Below, in pieces: positions 53,938 through 55,186 of a stretch of 55,186 bases of DNA. The notes beneath the pieces are model-generated. The model searched no databases, had not been told where the DNA came from, and saw only the letters and a list, made by a program, of their open reading frames with translations. The position numbers were made by a program, and so were the translations under genes. The first letter of the stretch is position 1; each line of letters opens with the position of its first letter. The stretch comes from a virus. Taxonomy: Duplodnaviria; Caudoviricetes. The stretch spans positions 1 through 55,186 of the IMG/VR virus record IMGVR_UViG_3300030104_000268; one strand, given 5' to 3'.

Positions 53938-54837
53938 TTATCTTGCAGATCCTGATATATCATACACAAATTTTCCACTACGTAGTGCAGCATTTATGTT
54001 ATCAGAATTTTCTGCAAATTCTCTGTCAGACATTTTAGCAACGTCTGATTCTTTAATCATGTTGTTAGCATCAGCAAGATCTACTTCTGTCTTACTTTTT
54101 CTGGCTACAGTCTTAGCAGCGTTCTTAGTATTTTTCTTTCTGTCAGAAACAGTAAGACCATTATCCATTTTATATAAATCAATAACTCTAATTACTGAGT
54201 CAGGGTCATCTGAGTTTTCATAGAGAGCATCCTTAACCCACTTAGGTTGTTCTTCTGCCCAGTTGTGAAACTCATCTGCTGCTCTAAGATCATCAAAGTC
54301 AGAGTGAGCTTTACGTATTAAGTTTTCTGCACTGTCACGCTTTAGCTCCATACGTTCCTCATCAATCTCTTTAATACGTATGTTAGCCTTTTCAAACATT
54401 TCTTGTGCTTGTTTAGCTGCAATTTTTTCTACTATGCCAGCTACATCAGGATACTGCTTTGCCCACTCTTCTATATCCTCATCAGACTTAGGTGGGGTTA
54501 TTCCTTCTTGAGTAGCTACTTTTTCTAAGCGGCTAAACTTTTCTTCCCACTCTTTTTCTTTTTCTTGGACATGTCTCCGTAGATCACCATATCTTTTTTT
54601 AAAAGTTCTTTCTTCTGCAGATAGCGTTTTTTCTTCAACTTCTGTATTGGCCTCTTCCTCTTGGGAAGTTTCTTCTTTTGGCTCTGCATCTACTGGGTTT
54701 TCCCCTCTTGCTTCAGCTTCAAGTTTTTTAATCTCCTCTTCTTCAGCTTCCATTTTCTTTTGTTTCTTTTCGTAGTTGTAACCACGGTCAACAAATCCTG
54801 CAGTCTTCTTTGTTTCTACTTGTGCTAGTTCAGGCAT
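53938..54837 (-). CDS. Capsid scaffolding protein
   Basis: Acidic coiled coil, FKKRYGDLRRH, HSDF, upstream of MCP. Confidence 0.75.
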   Translation of the reverse strand: MPELAQVETKKTAGFVDRGYNYEKKQKKMEAEEEEIKKLEAEARGENPVDAEPKEETSQEEEANTEVEEKTLSAEERTFKKRYGDLRRHVQEKEKEWEEKFSRLEKVATQEGITPPKSDEDIEEWAKQYPDVAGIVEKIAAKQAQEMFEKANIRIKEIDEERMELKRDSAENLIRKAHSDFDDLRAADEFHNWAEEQPKWVKDALYENSDDPDSVIRVIDLYKMDNGLTVSDRKKNTKNAAKTVARKSKTEVDLADANNMIKESDVAKMSDREFAENSDNINAALRSGKFVYDISGSAR

Positions 54838-54856
54838 ATTATTTTCTCCTTATGTT

Positions 54857-54882
54857 GGGGCCAGCTATTACACTGGGTAGCC
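54857..54882 (-). promoter_or_regulatory. Scaffold-gene leader hairpin with the G-CC/CUAC-C internal loop
   Basis: GG-CUAC-CCAG-UGUAAUAG-CUGG-CC-CC, 5 nt upstream of AAGGAG. Confidence 0.55.
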
Positions 54883-54885
54883 TTA

Positions 54886-55186
54886 TTATTTTTTGTTTAC
54901 CTTTTTTCTTTGCATTAAACCACCTTTGTTAAATCCACCACCTCTTTTTATTTTTTGTTCTATACTTTCTGTTCTACCTGCAGCTTGTTGTTCTTTTTCG
55001 GCTTTTGCTGCTGCAGTATATGCTTCTTTATATTGCTTTTCTTTTTTTTCTCTTTGCATTTTCTGTGCTGCTGATTCACCACCACTTTTATCAGTACTAC
55101 TACCACCTTGTTGTTGTGGTTCTGGAGTAGTAGTAGTGGCTTTAGTAGCTGTGGCATCACTATTCATCCAAGCATTTAATTCTTTT
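54886..55186 (-). CDS. Partial CDS: alternative C-terminal allele of the 1246-aa protein
   Basis: Shares KELNAWMNSDATATKATTT and NKGGLMQRK with 71-364 but differs in between; runs off the window end. Confidence 0.75.
   Translation of the reverse strand, partial: KELNAWMNSDATATKATTTTPEPQQQGGSSTDKSGGESAAQKMQREKKEKQYKEAYTAAAKAEKEQQAAGRTESIEQKIKRGGGFNKGGLMQRKKVNKK

Larger units (their letters stand above)
1..55186. mobile_element. Near-complete circularly permuted podovirus-type bacteriophage genome, probably infecting a marine alphaproteobacterium
   Basis: Full set of TerL, portal, scaffold, MCP, tail and T7-like replication genes; no host housekeeping genes; window ends overlap (1-77 = 54816-54892). 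Confidence 0.95.

Overview
The window is an essentially complete, circularly permuted genome (~54.8 kb) of a tailed dsDNA phage with podovirus-type organisation. It has two divergent arms that meet in an AT-rich control region at ~15.1-15.9 kb. The + arm (15.9-32.5 kb) carries small early genes, a tyrosine integrase, an SleB-type hydrolase, ThyX, a T7-like primase-helicase, family A DNA polymerase, SSB, an ExoVIII-like nuclease, a resolvase and a class II (B12) ribonucleotide reductase. The - arm (55.2->32.5 kb, continuing 15.1->0 kb) carries scaffold, major capsid, tail tube, tail fibre, internal/ejection proteins, lysis genes, a cluster of small basic proteins, terminase and portal. I saw no RNA polymerase, tRNA or CRISPR array. 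Gene content (class II RNR, ThyX, GTA-type holin, DUF1127) suggests a marine alphaproteobacterial, Roseobacter-like host; this is inference. The strongest candidates for undescribed systems are: (1) a [MFY]-[ANQS]-x-G-G peptide motif found ~20 times, only in late-arm proteins, which punctuates two giant modular internal proteins and makes up most of one small basic protein, suggesting a virion cargo-targeting or processing signal; (2) a recurrent asymmetric RNA internal loop (G-CC / C(U)AC-C) present four times in the 5' leaders of the scaffold and capsid genes, suggesting translational control of head assembly. The contig ends hold two different alleles of the C-terminus of the 1246-aa protein. 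Several microproteins missing from the ORF track were translated by hand (DUF1127, ArfA-like, Zn ribbons). All family calls come from recognising motifs by eye; no database search was run.
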